Positions 9,529 to 19,548 of a stretch of DNA of 64,000 nt are shown one piece after another (the stretch's first letter is position 1; every line of letters starts with the position of its first letter). Source of the DNA: an uncultured Lentimicrobiaceae bacterium (GTDB lineage Bacteria > Bacteroidota > Bacteroidia > Bacteroidales > UBA4417). The notes under the pieces were generated by a model. That model had not been told where the DNA came from and did no database searches. It saw nothing but the letters and a program-made list of their open reading frames with translations. The position numbers were made by a program, and so were the translations under genes. Where the stretch lies: NCBI GenBank assembly GCA_964420555.1, contig CAYQTT010000004.1:26679-90678 (forward strand), in the 5' to 3' direction.

Positions 9529-10116
9529 ATGTCAGATTTAGTTTCCTCGTACGAACGAATACTTCTCGGGAAGCTTAAAAACGATGACCAGTCAGCTTTT
9601 ACCGTTATTTTTACAAAATACTATTCCGACCTGGTTCGCTTCTCATTCGGATTTACCAGGAATTCAGATGTTTCGGAAGAAATTGTTCAGGAGGTATTCC
9701 TGAAATTGTGGGAGAGCCGTTCTTCGCTGGATATACACACTTCGCTCAAATCCTTCCTTTTGAAAAATGTTCAGAATCGCAGCATCGACAGCCTGCGCCA
9801 TACTGGCATCACAAATAAATATACCTCTGTGGTTCTTGAGCATGCAATCCTGTCGCAAAACGATACCGAGAATTATATTTTATATTCCGAACTGCAAGCT
9901 AATCTCAATCATGCGATGCATAAAATTCCGATGCAGTATGCGGAGGTATTCCGAATGAGCCGTTTGGAAACACTTAATTATCAGGAAATTGCTGATAAAC
10001 TCGGAGTGTCCGTGCGCACAGTTGAAGTACGTATAAGTAAAGCTTTAGGGATGTTGAGAGAAGAGCTTAAGGATTTTCTCCTCATTGGTCTGATAATCTA
10101 TCAACTGTTTCATTGA
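9529..10116 (+). CDS. ECF RNA polymerase sigma-70 factor (Bacteroides expansion family)
   Basis: SEEIVQEVFLKLWE region 2; YQEIADKLGVSVRTVE HTH; adjacent to FecR. Confidence 0.95.
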   Translation: MSDLVSSYERILLGKLKNDDQSAFTVIFTKYYSDLVRFSFGFTRNSDVSEEIVQEVFLKLWESRSSLDIHTSLKSFLLKNVQNRSIDSLRHTGITNKYTSVVLEHAILSQNDTENYILYSELQANLNHAMHKIPMQYAEVFRMSRLETLNYQEIADKLGVSVRTVEVRISKALGMLREELKDFLLIGLIIYQLFH

Positions 10117-10219
10117 GAACTTCGCGGAGGAATAAACTGGTTTAGAAAGCTTCATCATCTGCTTTTTTTGAAAAAAAAGTTGTTTTGTTGATGTGGATTA
10201 TAAATTTTAAAACGTCGTT

Positions 10220-11278
10220 ATGATGATTAATGAAAATATGGAAAATACAGATTCGGGTTGGGTTGATAATTTAATTGTAAGTTATCTGGGCGGTAAGGCT
10301 TCAAAGGATGAAATCCTGAAGCTGGAATCGTGGGTTCGCGAATCGGATGAAAATCAGAAATATTTCGTTCAATGTAAAAATATATGGGAATCTACTGCCG
10401 GATTTCCGATAGCTACCGATAAAGCATTAGCCAAAGTTTTAAGCCAGATAAACGGCAGGCAAAAAGGCTTGACTTTATGGCAGATTGCTCAACGCATTGC
10501 CGCAATACTATTTATACCCGTGCTTATCTCCCTGCTGTGGCTTTATTCGGGGAACGAATTTAAACGCTCAAACTCAAACGTAACTTATAATAAGGTAGTA
10601 GCTGCATTTGGAACCTTTTCCGAACTGCAACTTCCTGATGGCTCAAAAGTGTGGTTAAATGCTGGCAGCACTCTGCAATATCCTGATAAATTCAGCAACA
10701 ATAACCGTATTGTTCACCTCGTTGGAGAAGCATATTTCGAAGTTCATTCCGAAGAAAGCATTCCCTTTTTAGTCAGCACACCCTATTTTACGGTAAAAGC
10801 AACAGGTACCAAATTTAATGTGCGTGCCGAAAAAGATTTTCTCACTCCTTCAGTAACTTTAATTGAAGGAAAAGTTGCCGTACAAAAGAACAGTTCCGAT
10901 AATAACGGCGGGCTGATTGCACGGTTGCAACCTCACCAGCATATGACCTACGATACGTTAAGCGGTAATTTCAATATACTAACCGAAGATCCCTACAAAC
11001 ATTTTGCGTGGATTGATGGCAAACTTGTTTTCCGCAACGACAACATCAGCGAAGTTGCCCGAAGGATCAGCCTTCAATACAACGTGGATATCGAAATTAA
11101 AGGAGATGCTATTAAAAAATACCGTTACAGGGCAACATTCGAAAATGAACCTTTGAGCGAATTACTGCGACTCCTGAAAATTTCGTCCCCGATTGACTAT
11201 ACCGAAGTCAAGCCAACAGCAATGCCTGATGGTACATTCTCCAGAAGAAAAATCATAATATATTCCATCGCTAATTGA
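10220..11278 (+). CDS. fecR: FecR-family anti-sigma factor
   Basis: TM helix then LPDGSKVWLNAGSTL, GEAYFEV, GTKFNV, AWIDGKLVF motifs. Confidence 0.93.
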   Translation: MMINENMENTDSGWVDNLIVSYLGGKASKDEILKLESWVRESDENQKYFVQCKNIWESTAGFPIATDKALAKVLSQINGRQKGLTLWQIAQRIAAILFIPVLISLLWLYSGNEFKRSNSNVTYNKVVAAFGTFSELQLPDGSKVWLNAGSTLQYPDKFSNNNRIVHLVGEAYFEVHSEESIPFLVSTPYFTVKATGTKFNVRAEKDFLTPSVTLIEGKVAVQKNSSDNNGGLIARLQPHQHMTYDTLSGNFNILTEDPYKHFAWIDGKLVFRNDNISEVARRISLQYNVDIEIKGDAIKKYRYRATFENEPLSELLRLLKISSPIDYTEVKPTAMPDGTFSRRKIIIYSIAN

Positions 11279-11504
11279 TTTAAAAAAGTCTGACGCCTAT
11301 GTCCTGATGTAAATAAAATAATAAACCGGATTTCATTCTGTTGTTGAATCCCTGGTTTATTGTGTCAGAGACAAGGCTTTTATTCAAGTTGCTTTTCTTA
11401 AATCAATTTTAATAGTCATTGACAAAATTGAAGTTATCTGAAAATGATAATTTCAGTTAAGAGGATTTTTGTTTTCTTTTTTTTACCCTAAAACTAACCA
11501 GAAT

Positions 11505-14500
11505 ATGAGATTATTTTTACTAACAGGCCTGTTCTTCCTTCTCATTCTAATGCCCGCCCGGGTTGATGCACAGTCAACAAAAATAACATTAAACATGGTT
11601 AATGTTCCGTTGAATGATGTGCTGAATGAAATTGAGAAAAAGAGTGATTACACATTTCTTGTCAACGAGGAAGTTGTTGATGTTACAAGGAGAGTAGATG
11701 CAGTTTTTGTCAACACATCCATTAAAGATATTCTTGACCAGCTTTTCAAGGGCGAGAAAGTCAAATATGTGACAAGTGACCGCCAGATCATTATTACCCC
11801 AACCAAGACTAAAGGCGGGGATTTTCAGCCAAAAAAAGTAACCGGAAGAGTAACTGATGAAAAAACCGGTGAAACTCTGATAGGTGTAACTGTGCAGATT
11901 AAGGGTACATCCATGGGTACAACCACATCGGTTGACGGGACCTATTCAATTGATATACCCACATCTGATGCCATACTGCTATTTTCGTATGTGGGCTATG
12001 AACCCAAAGAAATATCAGCCAAGGATGTTCAGGTAATAAATGTTGCAATGCATCAGGTTGCAACCGAACTCGAAAGTGTTGTTGTAACCGCCCTGGGTAT
12101 CAAGCGGGAAGAAAAAGCCCTGGGATATGCTGTTCAGAAAGTTGACGGCAAAGGCTTACAAACAGTAAGGTCAGTTGATGTAGGAACCTCACTTACAGGT
12201 AAAGTAGCTGGTTTGTCAGTATTGAACAGTACTGAGTTTGGTGCAGCACCTGAACTTTATATTCGTGGTGAAAAACCACTCCTGGTAATTGATGGAGTTC
12301 CCTATGGCAACATGACTCTGCGGGATGTTCCTCCCGATGACATTGAAAGCCTCAGTATTCTAAAAGGAGCCACAGCATCTGCCCTCTATGGGTATCGTGG
12401 GGCGAGCGGAGCTATTATGATTACTACTAAAAAAGGAAGTGCCAATAAAGGAATTTCGGTATCAGTTAACAGTAGCACCATGTTTGCAGCCGGTTACCTT
12501 GCCATTCCCGAATCTCAGTCAACATACGGACGGGTTGTAAACACAGCCACCAACACTGCTGTTACTAATGGCGATGGTGCCTGGGGTCCTCCTTTGGAAG
12601 GTCAGGAAGTTATACAGTGGGATCCGATTAGCAGGGCCATGAAACCTATGCCCTGGCTGCCGGTCGGTAAAGATAATTTTCAGAATTTCCTTGAACCCGG
12701 ATATGTCCTTAATAATAACATAAATATTATACAGCAAGGTGAGTTAGGAAGTTTTCGTGCTTCGGCCAGTTGGGTTAAAAACAAAGGACAATATCCAAAT
12801 TCCATGTTCGACAAATTCGCTTATAACATTGGCGGGGATATAAAACTGCGCAAATTTACATTATCATCAAGCATTTCGTACAACAAGCAAACATCTCCGA
12901 ATTTTGGTTTTAGCGGTTACACAGGATACGACCCAATGTATTCCATGTTAATATGGTCGTCGCCCGATTGGAATGTACTCGATTATAAGAATTATTGGGT
13001 AGTGCCTGATGAAGTTCAGAACACCAGCTATACCGATACCAACAACAATCCCTATTTTGACCGGAACGAAAGGATTCACAGCTTAAACAAGGATATTTTT
13101 AACGGTACACTTTCTTTGAGTTATAACCTGACATCATGGCTAAAAGCAACCCTGCGTTCAGGTTTCGATACGTATAGCAACCGGCAGGTGATACGGATTT
13201 CGAAAGGCTCGCTGGTAAGCGCCGGATCTTCCACCGTAATTGAAAACGGTGACCAGGTTTGGGGCGAAAGCAAGTTAGGATCCTACAACCTTGGCCTTGG
13301 AAGAGGATATAGTTTCAACAACGATTTTTTACTTTCAGCCGACCATACGTTCGAAAAATTCACCATTGATGGATTTGTAGGCGGAACAATTTTTTCGCGT
13401 CAGGATGAAGGAACCGATTCCAGAACTCAGGGTGGTCTTTCTATCCCGGGATTTTACTCGCTGAAAGCTTCGGTTTTACCCGCTTATGTGGTGTCAAATA
13501 TTTACAGGCAACAAGTTAACAGTTTATACGGGCGGTTGGCTTTTTCGTGGAACCGTATGGCTTATGTTGAAGGAACTCTGCGTAACGACTGGAGTTCGAC
13601 TCTGTCCGAAGCTACACGCAGCTACCTGTATCCTTCAGTATCAGGAAGTTTTGTTGTTTCCGAATTATTGCCCGAAATGCGGTGGCTTTCATTGTGGAAA
13701 TTGCGTGGCTCGTGGACTTCATCAAAAACCCCGGCCGGAGTTTATGATATTAACCAGGTTTTCAATATTACCAACAATGCCTGGACGAATTTAACTTCTG
13801 CATCATTACCAGCTACAATTTATAGCAGCGATGTATTCCCGGAGTCTGCTTCCACCTGGGAAATCGGTACCGCAGTTAATGTATATAATAACAGGGCTTC
13901 AGTCGATATTTCCTATTATAATAAACGAATGTACGATTTCCTTCAGGAAGCAGATATCACTCCTGCTACAGGATATTATAGCAGTTATTTAAATACAGAC
14001 ACGGAAATTACACGTAAGGGTATTGAAGTTACTTTAAATGGAACACCAGTGAAGACCAGCGACTGGCAATGGGATATTTCGGTAAACTGGTCGAAATATG
14101 CACGTTACTACACCCAGTTAGATACTGTTTACGAAGAAGACAAACCCTGGATAAAGGTTGGTGAAAGAGCCGATCCTTATACCTTGTATGACTTTCAACG
14201 TGATCCGGATGATAATATTATTCACAAAAACGGTGTACCTCTTTATTCAAATTATTCTTCAAAGTTTGGAAATTATGATCCTGACTGGATATGGGGTATA
14301 AACACTACCCTCAAGTATAAAAGTTTCAGTTTTTATATGTCAGTTGATGGACGTGTAGGTGGCCTGGCTCAAACAACCACCGAGATGTACATGTGGCGAT
14401 CAGGTTCACACCCCAACTCCGTTACTCCTGAACGATACCTTGATGCTACCGTTCCCGGATCGAAAAACTATACCGGAGAAGGCGTAAAAGTAGTTTCAGG

Positions 14501-14870
14501 TTCAGCAACTTACGACACTTATGGCAATATTACCAGTGACGATCGGGTATATGCTCCTAACGATGTGGCTGTAACGTACGAATCGTATGTAAATACTATT
14601 CACTCAGGCACTGCCTGGGGTGGTTCGCCATCACCGCTCGAAGTGTACAGCACCACATTTTTTAAAGTAAGGGAAATGTCGCTTACCTATGATTTGCCAA
14701 AAAATATTTGCGCAAAATTTAAATCACAGGGTGTTTCGGTGTCAGCAGTTGGTCAGAATATGTTTTTGTGGTCGAAGCAATTTAAGTATTCCGACCCCGA
14801 TGGTGGCTACGAAAATTTTAGCGACCCATCCATCCGCTACGTTGGTTTTAACTTAAAACTGAATTTTTAA
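11505..14870 (+). CDS. susC: SusC/RagA TonB-dependent transporter with N-terminal STN signalling domain
   Basis: STN-like N-terminus, carboxypeptidase-like domain, VVVTALGIKRE, LKGATASALYG plug, C-terminal F. Confidence 0.95.
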   Translation: MRLFLLTGLFFLLILMPARVDAQSTKITLNMVNVPLNDVLNEIEKKSDYTFLVNEEVVDVTRRVDAVFVNTSIKDILDQLFKGEKVKYVTSDRQIIITPTKTKGGDFQPKKVTGRVTDEKTGETLIGVTVQIKGTSMGTTTSVDGTYSIDIPTSDAILLFSYVGYEPKEISAKDVQVINVAMHQVATELESVVVTALGIKREEKALGYAVQKVDGKGLQTVRSVDVGTSLTGKVAGLSVLNSTEFGAAPELYIRGEKPLLVIDGVPYGNMTLRDVPPDDIESLSILKGATASALYGYRGASGAIMITTKKGSANKGISVSVNSSTMFAAGYLAIPESQSTYGRVVNTATNTAVTNGDGAWGPPLEGQEVIQWDPISRAMKPMPWLPVGKDNFQNFLEPGYVLNNNINIIQQGELGSFRASASWVKNKGQYPNSMFDKFAYNIGGDIKLRKFTLSSSISYNKQTSPNFGFSGYTGYDPMYSMLIWSSPDWNVLDYKNYWVVPDEVQNTSYTDTNNNPYFDRNERIHSLNKDIFNGTLSLSYNLTSWLKATLRSGFDTYSNRQVIRISKGSLVSAGSSTVIENGDQVWGESKLGSYNLGLGRGYSFNNDFLLSADHTFEKFTIDGFVGGTIFSRQDEGTDSRTQGGLSIPGFYSLKASVLPAYVVSNIYRQQVNSLYGRLAFSWNRMAYVEGTLRNDWSSTLSEATRSYLYPSVSGSFVVSELLPEMRWLSLWKLRGSWTSSKTPAGVYDINQVFNITNNAWTNLTSASLPATIYSSDVFPESASTWEIGTAVNVYNNRASVDISYYNKRMYDFLQEADITPATGYYSSYLNTDTEITRKGIEVTLNGTPVKTSDWQWDISVNWSKYARYYTQLDTVYEEDKPWIKVGERADPYTLYDFQRDPDDNIIHKNGVPLYSNYSSKFGNYDPDWIWGINTTLKYKSFSFYMSVDGRVGGLAQTTTEMYMWRSGSHPNSVTPERYLDATVPGSKNYTGEGVKVVSGSATYDTYGNITSDDRVYAPNDVAVTYESYVNTIHSGTAWGGSPSPLEVYSTTFFKVREMSLTYDLPKNICAKFKSQGVSVSAVGQNMFLWSKQFKYSDPDGGYENFSDPSIRYVGFNLKLNF

Positions 14871-14960
14871 ACATTCAGCTTTTTATAACTTTTGCCGGTT
14901 AGGAATAGAAATTAAACAGTGTCAAGAGTTTTTAACAAGAACATCTCAAAAATATAACAC

Positions 14961-16484
14961 ATGAAAAACAAACATACATATATTAGATTACTTAGTGCGC
15001 TCATCTTATTTTTTCTTGCTGGCTGCAGCAAATTTGATGACATCAACACTAACCCCGATACTACTACAAAAGTTCCCGCATCAATGGAATGTACAAATGT
15101 TGTATTGGACGTTCTCAGGCCAGGCGGCGACGCAATGAGTTTCATTTCAACAAACGCATTGCCCAAATATGTTGGCTTCACCGTTTTGGGAAAAAACAGC
15201 TCGCAGTATAACAATACCGGAAGTGGCAGCTTCGGTTCAATGACTATATTGCCCAATATCAATGCCATGATAGAGGCTGCCAAAGGCGGTGTGATGGAAG
15301 ACTCATACAAAGGTGTCGGTAGTTTCGCCAAAGCATATGCGTTCTATAAAATGACCATGTGGATGGGCGATATCCCATACAGCGAGGCCGGTAAAGGTGC
15401 TGAAGGACTTCTTGAGCCAGGCTACGATACCCAGGAACAGGTTTTTATCCAGATTCTGGATGAGCTTAAAGCTGCTGATCAATATTTTGCTGTCGGGGCT
15501 AAATTTTCGGGTGATCCTTCGCCTTATAACGGTGATCCCGAAAAATGGAGAAAAGCTGTAAATGCTTTCGCGTTAAAAGTGCTCATGAGTTTAAGTGCCA
15601 AGGAGAGTGTAGCATCCCTGGATGTTAAAAACCGCTTTGCCGAAATTGTGGCAGCCGGTAATTTGATGGATAATACAACAGGTTACCTGGGACTGGCATA
15701 TTCAACCCAAAACAAGCATCCTCTTAGTGCCAGCACTATGTTCGCGCCTAAAACGATTGTAAGTAAATTGCTTATGGACAATCTGAAAATACTGAATGAC
15801 AGGCGATTGTTTTATTATTGCGAACCCGCCGCCGCGCTTATTGCCGCCGGGAAAGTTGAATCAGACACGGCTGCATACAATGGCGTTGATGTTGCGATGG
15901 ATTATGATGCCATGAACCTGGATTATAAAGCCAATAAATTCTCGGTTATCAACCTGCGCTATTTAAAGGAAGATGCCTGCGAACCACGCATGGTGATGAC
16001 TTACGCCGAACAGCAGTTAATTCTTGCAGAGGCAAGCATAAGAGGCTGGATTACTGCCGGATCAGCCCAGACCTATTACGAAGAAGGTGTAAAATCAGCC
16101 CTTTCAGTTATAATGGCAACTAAAGCAAGTTATGCTCACACCGTACCCATTGATCAGGCATATATTGATGGTTATTTTACCGGTGAGGCTGCTTTTAAAG
16201 CTACTGCTGATGAGCAATTGAAACAAATCTGGATGCAGAGTTATATACTCCGTTATATGCAGGATGCTGACTTTAGTTATTTTGAGTACAGGAGAAATAA
16301 ATACCCTGTATTCCCTATTAACCCGGCTTCGAGTTTGAACGAAAACAACACAAGCGCAATTCCTATGCGTAGTTTGTACCCGGGGTCCGAAACTAATTAT
16401 AACCGCAAAAACCTCACCGAGGCTCTTGATCGTCAATATGAGGGCTACGACGAAATAAACAAAATAATGTGGTTGCTGAAATAG
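14961..16484 (+). CDS. susD: SusD/RagB lipoprotein
   Basis: Lipobox LAGC; DINTNP, GDIPYSEA, KWRKAVNA, C-terminal MWLLK; follows SusC. Confidence 0.93.
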   Translation: MKNKHTYIRLLSALILFFLAGCSKFDDINTNPDTTTKVPASMECTNVVLDVLRPGGDAMSFISTNALPKYVGFTVLGKNSSQYNNTGSGSFGSMTILPNINAMIEAAKGGVMEDSYKGVGSFAKAYAFYKMTMWMGDIPYSEAGKGAEGLLEPGYDTQEQVFIQILDELKAADQYFAVGAKFSGDPSPYNGDPEKWRKAVNAFALKVLMSLSAKESVASLDVKNRFAEIVAAGNLMDNTTGYLGLAYSTQNKHPLSASTMFAPKTIVSKLLMDNLKILNDRRLFYYCEPAAALIAAGKVESDTAAYNGVDVAMDYDAMNLDYKANKFSVINLRYLKEDACEPRMVMTYAEQQLILAEASIRGWITAGSAQTYYEEGVKSALSVIMATKASYAHTVPIDQAYIDGYFTGEAAFKATADEQLKQIWMQSYILRYMQDADFSYFEYRRNKYPVFPINPASSLNENNTSAIPMRSLYPGSETNYNRKNLTEALDRQYEGYDEINKIMWLLK

Positions 16485-16681
16485 AATGCATTACGATCAA
16501 ATTTTAAATTTATCGGAAGTGTTTTATACTCAAATGATTAATAGCTAAGAAGAAATAACAATTATCTAAAGCAGTTTATGGTGAAGTAAAATGGTAAATT
16601 ATTAACTGCTGTACAACCTTGAATCAACCTGAGCTAAATAAAAAATCCAATTAATTATTAACCTTCAAACCAAATTACATT

Positions 16682-19453
16682 ATGAAAAAAACTTTACTAA
16701 GTTTAGTCATAATCCTGGCTTTTGCCAGTTTTGTAAGTGCCCAAGTGCCTGCGAGAACAGGCTGGTGGAAATTTGACGATGTCGCCGACATGTTAAAGGC
16801 TGATATCGGTACTCCTTTAACGTTAACAGGAACACAGGCTTCAGTTCCCGGACCTGCTGACGGAAACCTTGCAACGCAGGTTTCGTTGGGGAGTTATTTA
16901 AGCATAACTCATGGCATTGCTCCTAACGGAGGTGGCGATTCAGTTAACGAATATTCGGTGCAAATCGATTTTTCAGTTCCTGAAATCGGGAAATGGCATG
17001 CTTTTATCCAAACTAACCCGGCTAACAGCGGCGATGCCGACTTGTTTACCAAAGCCAGCGACAATACTATTGGGACCGCAGCCACAGGATATTCCACTAA
17101 CGCAGTTACTGCTGATACATGGTACCGGATGATTATTTCAGTTAAAAACGGAGATTTCTTCAACGTTTATCTCAACGGCGAACTCTGGTTAACCGGAACA
17201 CCTCAGGATATAGATGGCCGCTGGGCGCTTGTAAATGAATTGTTGATATTTGCCGATGACGATGGCGATGATGCAACAATAAACTGCTCTGAATTAGGGA
17301 TTTGGAATGTGGCTCTCACTGCCGGCCAGGCTTCCGAATTAGGAAATGCTTCAACTGTTCCTCTTGCTGCACGAAAAGGCTGGTGGAAATTTGATGATGC
17401 TGCTGATATGTTAAAAGCTGAGATTGGTTCTCCTTTAACACTTACCGGCACACAGGCTTCAGTTCCCGGTCCCGAAGAAGGGAACCTGGCAACACAGGTT
17501 CCGCTTGGAAGTTACCTGGCTATGACCCATGGTATTGCTCCGAACGGAGGTGGCGATTCAGTAAATGAGTATTCGGTACAAATAGACTTTTCGGTTCCTG
17601 AAATCGGGAAATGGCATGCTTTTTTCCAAACCAATCCGACAAACAGCGGCGATGCTGACTTGTTTACCAAAGCCAGCGACAACACAATAGGAACATCTGC
17701 TACAGGATATTCCATCAATTTTGTTGCTAAAGATGCCTGGTACAGGATGGTTATTTCGGTTAAAAACGGTGAATTCTTCAATGTTTATCTAAACGGAGAA
17801 CTCTGGTTGGCCGGCACTCCCCAGGATGTAGATGGCAGATGGGCTCTTGTAAATGAACTGCTGATATTTGCTGATGACGATGGTGATGATGCAGCTATTA
17901 ACTGTGCCGAATTAGCCATATGGGATGTTGCATTGTCGGCAGCTGAAGTTATTCAGTTGGGCGGTTTTGCAAGCAATGTTTTAGTTACCGGAATTAATGT
18001 AACCGGCACAGGTGGTGTAAGTGTTATTGATACCCAAAGCGGAACTTTACAAATGATTGCTGAAGTTTTACCTGAGAATGCAACCAACAAAGATGTTACG
18101 TGGTCGGTTACCGAAGGTACTGGCGGAGCAACAATAAGTGTTGATGGTTTATTAACGGCAGTTAAAAACGGTACTGTTACTGTAAATGCAACTTCCACTG
18201 ATGGAAGTAATATAGTTGGCAGCACTGTAATAACTATTTCGAACCAGGCAGTGATCCTTGTTACATCAATTACCGTTACTTCCGAAAGCGGTGCAAGCAC
18301 TATAACAAACAAGGGTGGAACCCTGCAGATGATAGCAACTGTACTTCCCGAAAATGCAACCGAAAAGGCTGTAACCTGGTCGGTTACCAACGGTACCGGA
18401 CAAGCTTCAATATCAGCAGAAGGTCTGCTCGCAGCCTTAGCTGACGGAACTGTAACCGCAAAAGCAACTTCTACTGACGGATCAAATATTTCCGGAACCA
18501 TGTTGATTACTATTTCGAACCAGACTACAGTTCGCGAAAGAAAAGGCTGGTGGAAATTTGATGATGCCAATGATATGGTAAAAGCCGAAATTGGCTTACC
18601 TCTTGTTCTTACTGGTACACAGACATCCGTTAACGGTCCCGTTGCCGGAAATTTAGCTACACTTGTTCCCCTGGGAAGTTATTTGGACATGACTCACGGT
18701 ATTCCTGCCAATGGAGGAGGAGCACTCGTAAATGAATGGACACTTCAGATCGATTTTTCTGTTCCTATGATAGATACCTGGTATGCATTTTTTCAGACAC
18801 TTGATGGTGACGCCGACTTGTTTGTTGCAAAAACCGAGGCTCCGGATATAGGCCGCGTGCCAAATAGTATTGGTTGCGGTTCAACCAGATACACCGAAGC
18901 TACAATAACAGCAGATACATGGTACCGAATGCTTGTTTCAGTTAAAAATGAAGAATTCTTCAGAATTTATATTGATGGCACTTTATGGCTCGATGCTGCT
19001 CCTCAGGCTTTGGATGACAGGTATGGATTAAGTTCGGTACTCCAGATTTTCCAGGATGATGACGGCGATGATGGCGATATCAGGTGTTCCGAATTAGGGA
19101 TCTGGGATGTAGCCTTAAGTGAAGCCGAAGCAGATGCCTTAGGCGACGCTACCACTACACCCAATGGAATTATTGATTTACAAGCCGGTAGAAATTCCGA
19201 TCTGGGTCCAAATTACCCTAACCCATTCATGATTAATACAACTTTCCCTTACCAGGTTAAGGAAAAAGGAGATGTAACATTCCGCATTTTTAATCAGTCA
19301 GGTGTTGAAGTTGCTAAAATTATTGAAGGTGTTAAATTACCAGGTTCATACAAACTTGAGTTAAATGCTGCCGGTTTGCCAAATGGAATATATAATGTTC
19401 AAATGGCAACCGAAAGTGGTGTCAGTATTCAGAAAATGATAATAATCCGATAA
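16682..19453 (+). CDS. T9SS protein with three LamG/concanavalin-like repeats and two Ig-like (Big_2) domains
   Basis: Three RxGWWKFDD...DDDGDD units, two VLPENAT.K.VTWSV units, NYPNPF CTD. Confidence 0.85.
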   Translation: MKKTLLSLVIILAFASFVSAQVPARTGWWKFDDVADMLKADIGTPLTLTGTQASVPGPADGNLATQVSLGSYLSITHGIAPNGGGDSVNEYSVQIDFSVPEIGKWHAFIQTNPANSGDADLFTKASDNTIGTAATGYSTNAVTADTWYRMIISVKNGDFFNVYLNGELWLTGTPQDIDGRWALVNELLIFADDDGDDATINCSELGIWNVALTAGQASELGNASTVPLAARKGWWKFDDAADMLKAEIGSPLTLTGTQASVPGPEEGNLATQVPLGSYLAMTHGIAPNGGGDSVNEYSVQIDFSVPEIGKWHAFFQTNPTNSGDADLFTKASDNTIGTSATGYSINFVAKDAWYRMVISVKNGEFFNVYLNGELWLAGTPQDVDGRWALVNELLIFADDDGDDAAINCAELAIWDVALSAAEVIQLGGFASNVLVTGINVTGTGGVSVIDTQSGTLQMIAEVLPENATNKDVTWSVTEGTGGATISVDGLLTAVKNGTVTVNATSTDGSNIVGSTVITISNQAVILVTSITVTSESGASTITNKGGTLQMIATVLPENATEKAVTWSVTNGTGQASISAEGLLAALADGTVTAKATSTDGSNISGTMLITISNQTTVRERKGWWKFDDANDMVKAEIGLPLVLTGTQTSVNGPVAGNLATLVPLGSYLDMTHGIPANGGGALVNEWTLQIDFSVPMIDTWYAFFQTLDGDADLFVAKTEAPDIGRVPNSIGCGSTRYTEATITADTWYRMLVSVKNEEFFRIYIDGTLWLDAAPQALDDRYGLSSVLQIFQDDDGDDGDIRCSELGIWDVALSEAEADALGDATTTPNGIIDLQAGRNSDLGPNYPNPFMINTTFPYQVKEKGDVTFRIFNQSGVEVAKIIEGVKLPGSYKLELNAAGLPNGIYNVQMATESGVSIQKMIIIR

Positions 19454-19480
19454 TGCCAGGTTGAGGTTTGAGTCGGTTTT

Positions 19481-19512
19481 GGGTGTCTCATATTTTGAGG
19501 CACCCTTTTTTA
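19481..19512 (+). terminator. Intrinsic terminator
   Basis: GGGTGTCTCA/TGAGGCACCC stem followed by a T tract. Confidence 0.75.
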
Positions 19513-19548
19513 ACCCAAATTACGCAACAGGAGGCGTTTTCTTTTACC

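Noticed and set aside
11444-11491. Poly-T tract upstream of susC as a phase-variable frameshift
   Set aside because: ATG 11505 already gives a complete signal peptide, so no frameshift is needed
17953-18570. Long antisense ORFs (e.g. 17953-18570, 20896-21462, 14912-15331, 63153-63578)
   Set aside because: They are shadows of well-supported opposite-strand genes and carry no motifs
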